A DNA stretch of 64,000 nucleotides from Patescibacteria group bacterium (GTDB lineage Bacteria > Patescibacteriota > Minisyncoccia > Phycocordibacterales > PALSA-1337): assembly GCA_040388415.1 (NCBI GenBank), contig JAZKBV010000005.1:3364-67363 (forward strand), written 5' to 3'. The position numbers were made by a program, and so were the translations under genes. Each line of letters begins with the position of its first letter. Position 1 is the stretch's first letter. This document shows, in pieces, positions 9,303 through 19,214 of this stretch. The notes under the pieces were generated by a model that was not told where the DNA came from, did no database searches, and was given only the letters and a program-made list of their open reading frames with translations.

Positions 9303-10058
9303 ATGACCAATAACCAAGAAACAATAACCAAAGGTCAAGCCTTTCAAGTTAAAAGTCAGTCTTTCGAAGGTCCACTCGACTTGCTCCTCGACCTTATCGA
9401 AAAGAGGAAACTTTTCATCAATGATATTTCACTTGCAAAAGTAACAGATGATTTTATCGCTCATATCCAACAGTTCGAAAATATGCCGATGGGCGAGTCT
9501 GCGCATTTCATATTGATTGCTTCGACGCTTTTGTTGATTAAGTCAAAGTCGCTTTTGCCTGAGCTCAATCTGACCGAAGAAGAAAAGGGTGATATTCATC
9601 ATTTGGAGACGCGTCTCAAGATCTATCAGAGGATAAAAGAAGCGAGTAAAGGCGTTCAAGCTTTGTTTGGCGGTAACGCTATCTTTGCACAGTCGCACGC
9701 CCGACCAGTCAGCCCTGTCTTTGCTCCTGATGCTGAATTTACACTTGAAAAGAGTTTGTCATTACTGAAAGATTTGATCGGTCGTTTGCCTAAGAAAGAG
9801 AAGTTGCCACAAGTCGTCGTACAGAAAGTCATTAGTCTCGAAGATATGATCGGTACGCTGACCCAGCGCATTCAAGGGCAGCTCCGCATGAGTTTCAAGA
9901 GTTTTGCGGGTGAGCATAAGGAGAATAGGGTGAACTTTATTGTGAGCTTTCTCGCTATGCTTGAGCTGGTAAAACAGGGAATAGTGCATGTGACTCAGGA
10001 GTCTGCCTTTTCTGATATTCAAATGGAGACCAAAGAGGTGGGCGTGCCGAGGTATTAG
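9303..10058 (+). CDS. scpA: Segregation and condensation protein A
   Basis: The N-terminal ScpA signature PLDLLLDLIEKRKLFINDISLAKVTDDF is present. Its start codon is 2 nt after the trpS stop. Confidence 0.8.
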   Translation: MTNNQETITKGQAFQVKSQSFEGPLDLLLDLIEKRKLFINDISLAKVTDDFIAHIQQFENMPMGESAHFILIASTLLLIKSKSLLPELNLTEEEKGDIHHLETRLKIYQRIKEASKGVQALFGGNAIFAQSHARPVSPVFAPDAEFTLEKSLSLLKDLIGRLPKKEKLPQVVVQKVISLEDMIGTLTQRIQGQLRMSFKSFAGEHKENRVNFIVSFLAMLELVKQGIVHVTQESAFSDIQMETKEVGVPRY

Positions 10059-10306
10059 GCTTCTACTGGGGTTATTATGAATAATGATTCGACTTCACAA
10101 TCGGCGTCCAACTTCAATGTTGGCGCCTTTTCTTTTACCTAATTGTTAAGGAACATATTGGAGTTAATTATATCTCTAATTCATGTGAGACAAACGCAAC
10201 AGAGTCTTATTTAGTGTACATGATATTTTGGAGTGTACTGAGCAACGCGCCGAACAGTGGCACGCCAATACTTTCTATTACTGACAAATAATTGTAGAAT
10301 ATCCCC

Positions 10307-10939
10307 ATGAATCCGGCGCCTACATCAAACCTCCCTCAACAACTCGAAGCCATCCTTTTCTGGAAAGCAGAACCAGTCACCTTCAAAAAGCTCGCCCAAC
10401 TTCTTTCAATTGAAAAAACTGATACCACGGAAGGCGTAAAAGTGACGGAAGAACAAATAAAAACCGGCCTCATTGAACTAGAAAAAACCCTGCAGGGAAG
10501 GGGACTTTCACTCGTTCAAACTGACGCTGAAGTCATGTTGGGCACCGCAAAAGAACTCTCGCCCCTCATTGAAAAGCTCACCAAAGAAGAACTGACTCGC
10601 GACCTCGGCAAAGCAGGCCTTGAAACGCTTTCGATCATCCTCTACCAAGGACCGATCTCGCGCGCGGACATAGATTATATCCGTGGCGTTAATTCACAAT
10701 TCATCATCCGCAACCTCCTCATCCGTGGTCTCGTTGAACGCATCGACAACCCAAAAGACGCACGTAGCTTTCTCTACAAAACAACCCTCGACCTTCTCGC
10801 TCATCTCGGCATATCGAAGATAGAAGAGCTGCCTGAATATGACAAAGTACGCGCAGATATCGAATCATTCAAAAATCAGCAATCCACAGATGTTGTCGAT
10901 AAATCAAACCAGGCAACTGATGCTACAATAGGTGCATAA
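10307..10939 (+). CDS. scpB: Segregation and condensation protein B
   Basis: The ScpB winged-helix signature LEAILFWKAEPVTFKKLAQLL is present, directly after scpA. Confidence 0.8.
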   Translation: MNPAPTSNLPQQLEAILFWKAEPVTFKKLAQLLSIEKTDTTEGVKVTEEQIKTGLIELEKTLQGRGLSLVQTDAEVMLGTAKELSPLIEKLTKEELTRDLGKAGLETLSIILYQGPISRADIDYIRGVNSQFIIRNLLIRGLVERIDNPKDARSFLYKTTLDLLAHLGISKIEELPEYDKVRADIESFKNQQSTDVVDKSNQATDATIGA

Positions 10940-12039
10940 TGTCTTCGAAGGCTTCAAAAATCGATCGTTTTTTTCTTATTTCAATCGTTTCGCTAACGCT
11001 TGTCGGCTTTGTCATATTCTTGTCGGCATCGCTTGGTTTGCTCACTCAAGACGGCGTCAACTTCGGCACGGTGGCTACCAAACAGATCATCAGTCTCGCG
11101 ATTGGTATTGTCGCATTCATTATTTTTTCTCGCATAAAATACACTTATTTGCGAAAGAGTGCTCTGTTCATATTGCTCGGCGCAATCATCATTAACCTTC
11201 TCCTCTTCATCCCGAGTCTAACTCTTTTTCATGGAGGAGCTGCTCGCTGGATCAACATTGGACCACTTTCATTCCAGCCGTCTGAATTTTTGAAGATTGC
11301 TTTCATCATCTATCTGGCCGCATGGATACAGTTCGCACGTGACAAGATCAGTACACTTAAGTTCGGCCTTGCGCCGTATCTCGTCATCACTGCTGTTCTT
11401 GGCGGGCTTCTCTTGGCCCAGTCAGATACTGATACATTTCTTATCATCGCTTTTACTGGCGTGGTAATGCTGTTGGTAGCCGGCATGCCGGTCAAACATA
11501 TGGCAATGGCTGGAGGCGTGCTCATTTTAGTGGTTGTTGCAGTGGTTCTTTTACGACCCTATGCCTATCAACGTGTCCAGACGTTCTTTACCGGAGGCAG
11601 CGATACTCGCGGAGCAGGGTATCAGATCAATCAGTCACTCATCGCTATCGGTTCAGGAGAGATCACTGGTCGTGGTTTCGGTCAGAGCATCCAAAAGTTC
11701 GGCTACCTACCTCAGCCGACCGATGACTCCATTTTTGCAGTTGCGAGCGAAGAGTTCGGCTTTATTGGCAGTAGTATTCTCGTGGCTTTATACTTGCTCG
11801 TTGTCGCCAGCGCTTTTCGTATAGCCGGCAAATCTCCAGATCTCTTTGGTAGCATGCTTGCTGTGGGTATCGCAGTGCTCATCGTTACGGAATCGTTCTT
11901 GAATATGTCTGCGATGCTCGGCATCGTGCCGCTCTCCGGTGTGCCATTGCTTTTTGTATCCCACGGAGGCACCGCGCTCATCATCATATTGGCTGCGGCA
12001 GGCGTATTGGCCAATGTTTCGAGATATGCGAAAGCGTAG
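10939..12039 (+). CDS. ftsW: SEDS-family peptidoglycan glycosyltransferase (FtsW/RodA)
   Basis: A polytopic membrane protein with the motifs GGAARWINIGPLSFQPSEFLKIA and IVPLSGVPLLFVSHGGT. It sits adjacent to murG. Confidence 0.8.
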   Translation: MSSKASKIDRFFLISIVSLTLVGFVIFLSASLGLLTQDGVNFGTVATKQIISLAIGIVAFIIFSRIKYTYLRKSALFILLGAIIINLLLFIPSLTLFHGGAARWINIGPLSFQPSEFLKIAFIIYLAAWIQFARDKISTLKFGLAPYLVITAVLGGLLLAQSDTDTFLIIAFTGVVMLLVAGMPVKHMAMAGGVLILVVVAVVLLRPYAYQRVQTFFTGGSDTRGAGYQINQSLIAIGSGEITGRGFGQSIQKFGYLPQPTDDSIFAVASEEFGFIGSSILVALYLLVVASAFRIAGKSPDLFGSMLAVGIAVLIVTESFLNMSAMLGIVPLSGVPLLFVSHGGTALIIILAAAGVLANVSRYAKA

Positions 12040-12061
12040 TTATATATGTTAAAATAATCCC

Positions 12062-13198
12062 ATGAAAATACTATTCACTGGAGGAGGCACTGGCGGCCAT
12101 TTTTACCCAATTATTGCAGTCGCTCAAGCTATTCGTGAACATGCAAAAGAAAAAAAGGTTTTGCCACCTCAGTTTTATTTTATGGCGCCCGCAAAGTATA
12201 ATCCTCGCGCATTGTTCGATAATGAGATCGATTATGTATATGTACCCGCCGGAAAGATCCGCCGTTATTTTTCTCTGCTAAATATTACGGACGCCTTTAA
12301 AACAGTGACTGGTATTTTTATTGCCATCACAAAGATGTTCTCAATATATCCTGATGTGGTATTCAGTAAAGGTGGGTACACCAGTTTTCCTCCGCTCGTC
12401 GCTGCCCGTCTTCTTGGTATCCCTGTCGTTATCCATGATTCAGATAGCCATCCAGGTCGCGTCAATATATGGTCAGGGAAGTTTGCTAAGCGCATCGCTC
12501 TCTCATATCCTTCAGCAGCTCAGTTTTTTAAAGTAAAAGACCCGACAAAGATTGCATACACTGGCAATCCTATCCGCGCCGAGATCGCTATACCACTCAA
12601 TAACGGCGCGTTCGAGTTTCTCAATCTTGAGCAAAATATCCCCGTTATATTTGTCATCGGCGGTTCACAGGGGTCACAAAATATAAATGATGTTATCTTG
12701 CAGGCCTTGCCTGAGCTTCTCAATAAATATCAAATCATACATCAGACAGGCCGCGCCAATCTTGCTGAGATACAATCGACCACTGGCGTGACGCTCAAAG
12801 ATCATCCGTACAAGTATCGCTATCATCCTTTTGACTACCTCGATGAGCTCGCTCTTCGTATGTCGACTGGCGCAGCGACTATTATCGTCTCGCGCGCTGG
12901 CTCGACTATCTTTGAAATAGCGGCTTGGGGTATACCGTCGATTATCATTCCGCTACCAAGTTCGATCAGTCATGACCAATCAGCCAACGCTTTTGCCTAC
13001 GCCTCGACTGGTGCAGCGTCGGTCATAGAAGAGAATAATCTTACGCCTCACGTGCTTATCGGTGAGATCAACCGCATCGTTGGTTCGCCCGCTATCCGCA
13101 AGACGATGAGCGAGCATGCCAAGGCTTTTTCACGGCTTGACAGCGCCTCTCTTATAGCACAGGCTATTCTCAGTATAGGCCTTGAACATGAAAAATAG
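12062..13198 (+). CDS. murG: Undecaprenyl-PP-MurNAc-pentapeptide UDP-GlcNAc transferase
   Basis: The MurG G-loop is ILFTGGGTGGHFYPIIAVAQAI. The C-terminal GT-B motifs are IVSRAGSTIFEIAAWGIPSIIIP. Confidence 0.85.
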   Translation: MKILFTGGGTGGHFYPIIAVAQAIREHAKEKKVLPPQFYFMAPAKYNPRALFDNEIDYVYVPAGKIRRYFSLLNITDAFKTVTGIFIAITKMFSIYPDVVFSKGGYTSFPPLVAARLLGIPVVIHDSDSHPGRVNIWSGKFAKRIALSYPSAAQFFKVKDPTKIAYTGNPIRAEIAIPLNNGAFEFLNLEQNIPVIFVIGGSQGSQNINDVILQALPELLNKYQIIHQTGRANLAEIQSTTGVTLKDHPYKYRYHPFDYLDELALRMSTGAATIIVSRAGSTIFEIAAWGIPSIIIPLPSSISHDQSANAFAYASTGAASVIEENNLTPHVLIGEINRIVGSPAIRKTMSEHAKAFSRLDSASLIAQAILSIGLEHEK

Positions 13199-13264
13199 GG
13201 GTGGTATAATAGCCATCTAAACACAGTCGATTTTATTAACTTATTATTTAACTAATTTACATAT

Positions 13265-13768
13265 ATGCAACCTCAAAGCGGAGTCAAAACATGGCAGTGG
13301 GTCGTGACCGTTGTAGTCATTATTGTACTCATTATCATTGGTATTTGGGTGTTTGGTGGCAAGAGCTCTTCAGTGCCTTCAGATCAGACAACGACTGCTG
13401 AAGACAACTCGAATGCCCCAGGCGCGCTCAATCGCATAGTTATGAACGATCAGTATCCTGGTAACGTCGTATACCTCAACTCAGCACAGTTTGCAGCTCC
13501 AGGTTGGGTCGCTATCCATGCTGACAATGCGGGTACTCCAGGCAAGATCATCGGACAGACATATTTTGATGCCGGCATCAACCCAGGCAAGATCACTCTC
13601 ACTCAACCTATGGTAGATGGCGCAACATATTACGCTATGATGCACTCTGACAATGGCGACAAGAAGTTCGATGCAACACTCGATCTTCCTCTCAAGGATG
13701 CAAACGGCAATATCATCATGAAGGTATTCCACGCTTCATCTGCAGCAGGTGCTCAGATCAAGGGTTAA
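13265..13768 (+). CDS. Hypothetical membrane-anchored extracytoplasmic protein
   Basis: A single N-terminal TM helix is WVVTVVVIIVLIIIGIWVF. No diagnostic motif. Confidence 0.45.
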   Translation: MQPQSGVKTWQWVVTVVVIIVLIIIGIWVFGGKSSSVPSDQTTTAEDNSNAPGALNRIVMNDQYPGNVVYLNSAQFAAPGWVAIHADNAGTPGKIIGQTYFDAGINPGKITLTQPMVDGATYYAMMHSDNGDKKFDATLDLPLKDANGNIIMKVFHASSAAGAQIKG

Positions 13769-13795
13769 GTAAAACGGTCATAGTTATTTTGAAAA

Positions 13796-13824
13796 AAGCC
13801 CTCATTCATAGGGGCTTTTTTCGT
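13796..13824 (+). terminator. Rho-independent terminator
   Basis: The hairpin aagccctcattcataggggctt is followed by a T-run. Confidence 0.5.
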
Positions 13825-13849
13825 TACTGATTTCTGTTATACTGTATAA

Positions 13850-15313
13850 ATGACCCCAGAATCTAGCCCTAAACCCATCGTCACGCGTTTTGCGCCTTCG
13901 CCAACAGGTTTTATGCATATCGGCGGCGTACGCACGGCTCTTTTTGCCTATCTTTTAGCGCGTAAAAACAAGGGCACATTCATTCTTCGTATTGAAGACA
14001 CTGACAAAGAGCGCGAGGTGGCTGGTTCAGTACAACACATCCAAGACTCGCTTTCATGGCTCGGCATCGAGTGGGATTTTGGGCCGAACAAACCGGGTCC
14101 TTTTGGTTCATGTATCCAGTCTGATCGTCTCGACATATACAAAAAATATGCTCTCGAACTCGTTGCAAAAGGTCTGGCATATCCTGATCCATATACTGCC
14201 GAAGAGCTCACTGCATTTCGCGCGGAGGCTGATGCGCATAAAAAGCCGTTCCTCTATCGCAACCACCGTCCAAGTGATGAACTCATGAAGATGCCTTGGG
14301 ATGGCACCAAAGCGCTTCGCCTCAAGACGCCAACGATTGCTCGTTCACACTGGCACGATATAGTTCGTGGCGACCTTGAGGCGGGTGAAGAAGCTCAGGA
14401 TGATTTTATTATTATGAAAAGCGATGGTTACCCGACATACAACTTTGCCCATATCATCGATGATCATGAGATGAATGTTACGCATATTCTCCGTGGAGAG
14501 GAGTTCATTTCAAGTACGCCCAAATACCTCAGTCTCTATGAAGCACTTGGTTTTATTCCACCGATCTTTGCGACACTCCCTTCGATCCTCCGCGATGATA
14601 AGACTAAAAAGCTTGGTAAACGTGATGGTGCAAAGGATATGCTCGAATATCGTACCGAAGGCTACTTGCCAGAGGCAATGACCAATATCCTTGCCCTCAT
14701 CGGTTGGAATCCAGGTACTGAACAAGAAGTATTCACCCTGGACGAGCTCAAGTCTGTTTTTGATATTGCAAAAGTACAAAAGAGCGGGGGAGTCTTCAAC
14801 GAGGACAAGCTTGCCTGGTTCAATCGTGAGCATATTGCACGGCTTTCAGATGCTGAGCTCGTCGCACGTCTCGATACGTTCCTTACTACAGAACAAAAAA
14901 AGCTCGTCAACGATCGCACCTTGCTACTCGTAAAAGAAAAGATCGTCACCCTCGGTGATGCGTCAAAACTGTTCGATGGGGAAGGGGAGTTGAGTTTTGT
15001 GAAGGAGATACCCGACTACCCTGCTAGCCAGCTTTTGTGGAAGAAGAATCCTGATGCGGTAGCAACAAAAAAACATCTGACAGAGATTCGTGCGCAACTT
15101 GAAACCATCTCTGACGATGTGTTTACAGCCGACGGGATAAAAAATACTGTTTGGGCATATGTTGAAGCCAATGGTAAAGGAGATGTTTTGTGGCCGTTCC
15201 GTGTGGCCGTCACGGGTAAAGAAAAATCTCCCGATCCTTTTATGTCTGCCTATATCATCGGCAAAGCTGAAGCCTTGAAGCGTATCGACATGGCTTTGGC
15301 CAAGCTCGCTTAA
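13850..15313 (+). CDS. gltX: Glutamyl-tRNA synthetase
   Basis: The N-terminus is VTRFAPSPTGFMHIGGVRTALFAYL. The KMSKS-like motif is KLGKRDG. Confidence 0.85.
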   Translation: MTPESSPKPIVTRFAPSPTGFMHIGGVRTALFAYLLARKNKGTFILRIEDTDKEREVAGSVQHIQDSLSWLGIEWDFGPNKPGPFGSCIQSDRLDIYKKYALELVAKGLAYPDPYTAEELTAFRAEADAHKKPFLYRNHRPSDELMKMPWDGTKALRLKTPTIARSHWHDIVRGDLEAGEEAQDDFIIMKSDGYPTYNFAHIIDDHEMNVTHILRGEEFISSTPKYLSLYEALGFIPPIFATLPSILRDDKTKKLGKRDGAKDMLEYRTEGYLPEAMTNILALIGWNPGTEQEVFTLDELKSVFDIAKVQKSGGVFNEDKLAWFNREHIARLSDAELVARLDTFLTTEQKKLVNDRTLLLVKEKIVTLGDASKLFDGEGELSFVKEIPDYPASQLLWKKNPDAVATKKHLTEIRAQLETISDDVFTADGIKNTVWAYVEANGKGDVLWPFRVAVTGKEKSPDPFMSAYIIGKAEALKRIDMALAKLA

Positions 15314-15316
15314 CCT

Positions 15317-16618
15317 ATGTTGCGCTACGCATCTATCCTTTGTGTTTTGTGTCTATCATTCGTCTCAATCGCATATGCTGAGACTGTTCTCGATGCAAGT
15401 TCGACACCGCCAGTCGACCCCAAAGTGGTCGAGCTTCAAACCAAAATTGATCAGCGTGGCACAGACATTAAGGCGCTCGAAAAAGAGATCGCTCAGTATG
15501 AAGGCCAGATCAGTACTTTGAGCTCTCAAGCGAGTTCATTGAGCTCGACGATCAAGTCTCTCGACCTTACCAAGAAAAAATTGACCGCGCAGATAAAGCT
15601 CACTGAGGATAAGATCAATGCTGCCACTATCGCCATTCAAGGATTGAATTCCCAGATTTCCGATACAGAGCAAACTGCATCCGCTGATCGTCGCTCTATC
15701 AGCAGCGCCTTTAGCGTGCTCAATCAAAATAGCGATCAAAGCCTACCTGAAATCATTCTCGCGAAAAGCTCTATCTCTGATACATGGGATTCATTAAATA
15801 AGCTCGGTATCCTGACTGATAGTCTTTTGACTGATATATCACATCTCAAAAAAACAAAAGATACATTAAGTACGCGCAAGACCGCCAAACAAAAAGCACA
15901 GGCAGAGCTTACTGCACTTCGTACTCAACTCAGTGGCCAACAAGGCGCTGTAGCATCTGCGGTGACAGAAAAGAATCAACTCCTCGCTGATACCAAGCAG
16001 TCTCAATCTGAATATCAAAAGATACTCAATCAAAAACTCATCCAAAAAGATGCCTTTGAAAAAGAAATGATGGCTTATGAAGAGTCACTCCACCTCACTG
16101 TCACCAAGGGTGAAGTGCCTCGTACAGGCAAAGGTGTGCTCGATTATCCTGTTGATGTCGTACGTATAACACAATATTTTGGCAACACTTCATTCTCGAC
16201 CGCCAACCCTCAGATCTATAACGGTAAGGGCCATACGGGCGTCGATTTCGGCGTATCAATCGGTACGCCGATTAAAGCTGCACTAAGCGGTCAAGTTGTC
16301 GGCGTCGCCAACACCGATCTTTATCGTGGCTGCCAATCATACGGCAAATGGATCATGATCAAGCATGCGAATGGTCTTTCAACATTGTATGCCCACCTCT
16401 CAGTTCAAAATGTACATGTAGGGGATACCGTGGGCACGGGTTCCGTCATCGGCTATAGCGGTAACACTGGTTACTCGACTGGCCCGCACCTACACTTCGG
16501 CGTCTATGCGACCGCTGGTGTTGCTATCACGAAGTTCACCAACAGCAAAAACTGCCAAGGCGCTACTATTCCGCTGGCTGACTTTAGTGCGTACCTCAAT
16601 CCGCTATCGTATCTCTAG
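15317..16618 (+). CDS. M23-family peptidoglycan endopeptidase with a long N-terminal coiled coil (EnvC-like)
   Basis: Signal peptide is present, followed by about 250 aa of heptad-rich sequence. The LytM motifs are HTGVDFGVSIGTPIKAALSGQVV, HLSV and GPHLHFGVY. Confidence 0.8.
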   Translation: MLRYASILCVLCLSFVSIAYAETVLDASSTPPVDPKVVELQTKIDQRGTDIKALEKEIAQYEGQISTLSSQASSLSSTIKSLDLTKKKLTAQIKLTEDKINAATIAIQGLNSQISDTEQTASADRRSISSAFSVLNQNSDQSLPEIILAKSSISDTWDSLNKLGILTDSLLTDISHLKKTKDTLSTRKTAKQKAQAELTALRTQLSGQQGAVASAVTEKNQLLADTKQSQSEYQKILNQKLIQKDAFEKEMMAYEESLHLTVTKGEVPRTGKGVLDYPVDVVRITQYFGNTSFSTANPQIYNGKGHTGVDFGVSIGTPIKAALSGQVVGVANTDLYRGCQSYGKWIMIKHANGLSTLYAHLSVQNVHVGDTVGTGSVIGYSGNTGYSTGPHLHFGVYATAGVAITKFTNSKNCQGATIPLADFSAYLNPLSYL

Positions 16619-16676
16619 ACGAGCCAGGTTATTTTGTGTGATATAATAAATCCATTACCATCACTAACTTATTCTC

Positions 16677-16997
16677 ATGACTACCAATAGGGGATTCATC
16701 AAGTGGATCATTATCATCGTCATCGCGCTCCTCGTCCTTAGTTACTATGGCTTCAGTCTCCGCAGCCTTGTCGACGCTCCAGTCACGCAAGACAATATCC
16801 ACTACGTAGCGACGACCACCGTGAGCTTCTGGGATAAGTATCTCAAGCGACCTGCGTCATATGTATGGAATGATGTCTTCATCGACCTTATATGGGAGCC
16901 AGCGATAGATAACTTGACCAAGATAAAGAATAGCGAGCCGACCAACGTACAGACGAATGCACCGAAGCTACCGAACCCAGTACCTTTGCCAAACTAG
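16677..16997 (+). CDS. Hypothetical small membrane protein
   Basis: A 106-aa ORF with the N-terminal TM helix WIIIIVIALLVL. Confidence 0.4.
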   Translation: MTTNRGFIKWIIIIVIALLVLSYYGFSLRSLVDAPVTQDNIHYVATTTVSFWDKYLKRPASYVWNDVFIDLIWEPAIDNLTKIKNSEPTNVQTNAPKLPNPVPLPN

Positions 16998-17126
16998 CGT
17001 TTGATAATGAAAAAAGATATATTGTGCGACATGCATAGTATAGTGCGCCCTGCATTGATCATGTATGGAAAAAGCCTCGAAGCATTTCTGCCCGAGGCTT
17101 TCCCCTACTTATAATGTGTCTGAAGT

Positions 17127-17594
17127 TTATTTTGCAACTGCGAGCTGAGTTCCTGAAGACCAACATGGTGATGATGATATCCAAGGCTGTGATCCATACT
17201 TCTTATAAAGGTATCTACCGAATGCTACGTTACCTTCTGTAGTATAGATGTTATACCCGAGCTTGGCAGAGTCTTCAGCGTGATATCTTTCATTGATCTG
17301 CATGACGCCGACGTCCTTGTTGTTGACCTTACCACGGATGATATTACCTGTTTGGTCGAACTGACGGAACGTTGACTCACAGCGTGCGATTTGGATGAGG
17401 AGAGGTTCATCGGCGTATTGAGTCTTAACATAAGCCTCGACTGCCTTTGAATTGATGAAACTTGCCTCAGTATGTGTATTTTGCTCGATTGCTGGCGTTG
17501 ATGATCCTATGTCTACTGTTGTACTAGCTTGAGCCTGTGCTCCACCGTACAAAGACGACATGAGGAACGCGATACCTGTTGTAAGTTCAATCAT
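17127..17594 (-). CDS. Secreted lytic-transglycosylase-like domain protein
   Basis: Signal peptide is present. The motif CESTFRQF, followed by VGVMQINERYH, resembles the family-1 LT/Rpf-type catalytic E-S and G-x-M-Q-I motifs. Confidence 0.45.
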   Translation of the reverse strand: MIELTTGIAFLMSSLYGGAQAQASTTVDIGSSTPAIEQNTHTEASFINSKAVEAYVKTQYADEPLLIQIARCESTFRQFDQTGNIIRGKVNNKDVGVMQINERYHAEDSAKLGYNIYTTEGNVAFGRYLYKKYGSQPWISSSPCWSSGTQLAVAK

Positions 17595-17945
17595 AAATTA
17601 AAAAACGAGTTAGAGTAAATCATGAGATTCACCGTAGCTCATTTGTCGTTACATATTAGCACCCCTAGGCAATAAAGTCAAGACCCTTACACTGATTATA
17701 CGGCTCAACAAGGCCATATTTTACACCCAAAATACCCTTATTTTGAGCCATTCTAGGGGAATTCGAGTCAGTTTTGACAGGTATAGGCTTTAGAAGGCCT
17801 AGTTATCGTTATTCTGAGCCGTTATATATTCAATAAGCCATGGATAGGCTCTTTCGTCCAGCTTACCCCGCTTGCACGCCATACAGCCCTGTGTTACACT
17901 TTGCGGACACAAATTAACTAATTATTAACGCATTTACCCACTTCC

Positions 17946-18218
17946 ATGGCTCATAAAAAAGCAGCAGGTTCGTCAAAAAACGGTCGCGATTCAAATCCTC
18001 AGTATCTCGGGGTCAAGATAAACCATGGCCAAACCATCACAACTGGTCAGATCATCGTTCGTCAGCGTGGTACAAACGTTCTCCCCGGTGACAACGTCTC
18101 TCGTGCCAAGGATGATACCCTTTTCGCTATGAAAAATGGTGTTGTTGTATTTTCTACCAAGCGCAAGACATCTTTCAATAACGCAATCACGAGAAAGAAG
18201 ATTGTGCATGTTCGCTAG
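17946..18218 (+). CDS. rpmA: 50S ribosomal protein L27
   Basis: The motifs are [24 protein letters not shown] and [10 protein letters not shown]. Confidence 0.85.
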   Translation: MAHKKAAGSSKNGRDSNPQYLGVKINHGQTITTGQIIVRQRGTNVLPGDNVSRAKDDTLFAMKNGVVVFSTKRKTSFNNAITRKKIVHVR

Positions 18219-18240
18219 CCACTATTAGTGGCAGATACAA

Positions 18241-18268
18241 AAAAGAGGGATAACTTCCCTCTTTTTTG
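18241..18268 (+). terminator. Rho-independent terminator after rpmA
   Basis: The hairpin aagagggataacttccctctt is followed by TTTT. Confidence 0.6.
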
Positions 18269-18319
18269 GTTGCAAAAGCACTGACTGATGCTATCATCTG
18301 ATATAAAGAAAGGAACTTT

Positions 18320-18688
18320 ATGAGCCAATTGTCTCTCGACCGCTTACTGAAGGATACAAAACGCATCATTAATGCTAATTTCTGGATTCCGCAATTGAAT
18401 TCGGACACCAGCTATGCAAGGATTCACGATGATCACGATGGAACAAACGAAGGCACACTCGCGGTTTACTTTGATTCAATGGGTGATGCTTTTGTCTCTA
18501 TTCAATCAAGAGACCGTGGACCAGGACGTCAGCAATTCTCTGACATGCTTAGGTTTAGAACCTTTGGTGGTGGCGGTATGAGTCTTCGCACACGCAATGC
18601 GTTGATGATCCTCGCTGAGGCGATACGTCTCGACAATGAGGAGCGACCTCTGGGTGATCCTGTGAAAAATCCTATCAGACGTCAATAA
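18320..18688 (+). CDS. Hypothetical protein
   Basis: A 122-aa ORF with the coding GC of its neighbours. No recognisable motifs. Confidence 0.4.
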   Translation: MSQLSLDRLLKDTKRIINANFWIPQLNSDTSYARIHDDHDGTNEGTLAVYFDSMGDAFVSIQSRDRGPGRQQFSDMLRFRTFGGGGMSLRTRNALMILAEAIRLDNEERPLGDPVKNPIRRQ

Positions 18689-18704
18689 GCCCAGATCCTA
18701 AATC

Positions 18705-18740
18705 AAAATCCCCTTGAGTGAAATCGAGGGGATTTTTTTA
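18705..18740. terminator. Bidirectional rho-independent terminator between two convergent genes
   Basis: The hairpin aaaatccccttgagtgaaatcgaggggatttttt is flanked by T/A runs on both strands. Confidence 0.6.
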
Positions 18741-18763
18741 CATGCTAAATTTCCGCCTACCAA

Positions 18764-19207
18764 TTACAACGCCTTGATCACCACCTTCAACTGAGCAGAC
18801 TTCCCTTCAGCCTTGATCATGACGATATGTTCACCAACTGTCTTGAGCGGTTGTGCAAGCTCGATAAACGAAGGATCGATCTCGATGCGCGCCTGAGCGT
18901 GGAGCTCTTTGACGATAACGTCACCATGGATACCTGCAAAGAGGTGGCCTTTATCGTTGGCTTTGCCTGATATGGTGAGAGTAGTCGCTTCAATAGCCTT
19001 GATGTTCTGTACGAGGAGCTCATGCTGAACCTTCATCTCGCCTGCAATCTGCGCTTTGTCGGCCTCTACGCGCTTCACAGCTGATGCGGTAGCAGGTACT
19101 GCGAGCCCGCGAGGAATAAGCATGTTGAGGGCATGGCCATCGTTCACGTCTTTGATATCGAATTTCTTGCCGACGTTCTTTATATCTTTAAGGAGTATGA
19201 TCTTCAT
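18764..19207 (-). CDS. rplI: 50S ribosomal protein L9
   Basis: The N-terminus is MKIILLKDIKNVGKKFDIKDVNDGHALNMLIPRGLAVPAT. Confidence 0.85.
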   Translation of the reverse strand: MKIILLKDIKNVGKKFDIKDVNDGHALNMLIPRGLAVPATASAVKRVEADKAQIAGEMKVQHELLVQNIKAIEATTLTISGKANDKGHLFAGIHGDVIVKELHAQARIEIDPSFIELAQPLKTVGEHIVMIKAEGKSAQLKVVIKAL

Positions 19208-19214
19208 GGTGTTT

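Noticed and set aside
10932-11195. 87-aa + ORF overlapping the 5' end of ftsW
   Set aside because: It is out of frame with a well-supported SEDS-family gene. It has no RBS context and a Cys/His/Arg-rich artefactual composition.
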